Below are positions 63,302 through 64,000 of a DNA stretch of 64,000 nt, piece after piece. Source of the DNA: Bacillus subtilis subsp. subtilis str. 168. Its GTDB lineage: Bacteria > Bacillota > Bacilli > Bacillales > Bacillaceae. How positions within the stretch are numbered: position 1 is the first letter of the stretch; each line of letters begins with the position of its first letter. Location of the stretch: contig NC_000964.3 in NCBI RefSeq assembly GCF_000009045.1, forward strand, positions 2,232,001 through 2,296,000, in the 5' to 3' direction. Made by a program: the position numbers and the translations under genes. The notes below the pieces were generated by a model, which had not been told where the DNA came from, ran no database searches, and worked only from the letters and a program-made list of their open reading frames with translations.

Positions 63302-63943
63302 TTGTTTACAATCAAAGAAGAGATCGCCAATGCGATTACACACGGCATCGGTGTCCTCTTATCCATCCCAGCATTAGTGTTTCTAATCATATTTGCGGCT
63401 AATTACGGGTCTGCATGGGACATTGTCAGCTTTACAATATTCGGTGTCTCTATGCTGCTGTTATATTTGAGCTCCACCCTGCTTCACAGCATCACACATA
63501 AAAAAACGAAGGACATTTTGGAGATTATTGATCATAGCGCAATTTACGTACTCATCGCCGGAACCTACACGCCTTTTTTGCTTGGGCCGCTGAAAGGCAC
63601 ACTCGGCTTTACCCTGTTGGTTATCGTATGGTCACTTGCCCTAGGCGGAATCGTTTTTAAAATTTTCTTTGTGAAACGGTTTATCCTATTGTCAACCTTC
63701 GTGTATTTAGTCATGGGGTGGCTGATGATTATTGCAGTTAAACCTTTATATGCTTCACTGAGCGGAGCGGGATTCAGCCTCCTTTTTCTCGGCGGCATTT
63801 TATACTCTGTCGGAACCATCTTTTACATTTGGAAAAAGATCCCCTTCCATCACGCCATTTGGCACAGCTTTGTATTGGGCGGGAGCGCTGCCATGTTTTT
63901 CTGCGTGCTCTTCTATTGTGTAAAGGTGCCTTTCCTTTCGTAA
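63302..63943 (+). CDS. yplQ: Hemolysin III (PAQR) family membrane protein, 213 aa, TTG start
   Basis: EEIANAITHG, DHSAIY and HAIWHSFV motifs. Confidence 0.94.
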   Translation: MFTIKEEIANAITHGIGVLLSIPALVFLIIFAANYGSAWDIVSFTIFGVSMLLLYLSSTLLHSITHKKTKDILEIIDHSAIYVLIAGTYTPFLLGPLKGTLGFTLLVIVWSLALGGIVFKIFFVKRFILLSTFVYLVMGWLMIIAVKPLYASLSGAGFSLLFLGGILYSVGTIFYIWKKIPFHHAIWHSFVLGGSAAMFFCVLFYCVKVPFLS

Positions 63944-63952
63944 CAGTAACAG

Positions 63953-63983
63953 AAAAGCGCAGTCTTCACGACTGCGCTTTTTT
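63953..63983 (+). terminator. Terminator after yplQ
   Basis: AAAAGCGCAGTC/GACTGCGCTTTT stem with a T run. Confidence 0.85.
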
Positions 63984-64000
63984 ATGCACGTAATTGTTTT

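Noticed and set aside
55097-64000. Novel system in the host flank
   Set aside because: All genes match ordinary B. subtilis core functions in the expected order, with short intergenic gaps explained by terminators and promoters.

Overview
This window is Bacillus subtilis 168-type DNA. I recognise it from memory of the gene products and order, not from a database search. Bases 1 to ~54,440 are the right part of the integrated SPbeta prophage. They hold the virion morphogenesis module (terminase C-terminus, portal, scaffold/protease, capsid, neck, tail tube, tape measure CwlP, Dit/Tal, tail spike), the lysis genes (blyA, bhlA, bhlB) and a large cargo arm. The cargo arm carries the sublancin glycocin cluster, the LexA-controlled uvrX-yolD mutagenesis pair, the bsrG/SR4 type I toxin-antitoxin system, the YokI LXG toxin with SMI1/KNR4 immunity genes, an ISL3 remnant, a Cry6/ClyA-like protein, a nuclease and an AAC(3)-family acetyltransferase. 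The prophage ends with the large serine recombinase sprA and the att junction that splits spsM. Bases ~54,433-64,000 are ordinary host chromosome (3' half of spsM/ypqP, msrB, msrA, ypoP, ypnP, ypmT-P, ilvA, yplP, yplQ). Gene sizes match what I remember of the reference, so I see no sign of a foreign insertion. The less-explored observations are: ATT and CTG start codons in tail genes, a tyrosine recombinase with an altered catalytic motif inside the tail module, a possible secreted-toxin/immunity cassette (youB-yomL-yozP), a frameshift-split HNH endonuclease, the pore-former-like YokG, and two small ORFs between yokD and yokC that the supplied ORF track lacks, one with an RNA-sequestered ribosome-binding site. 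I found no CRISPR array, tRNA or rRNA.
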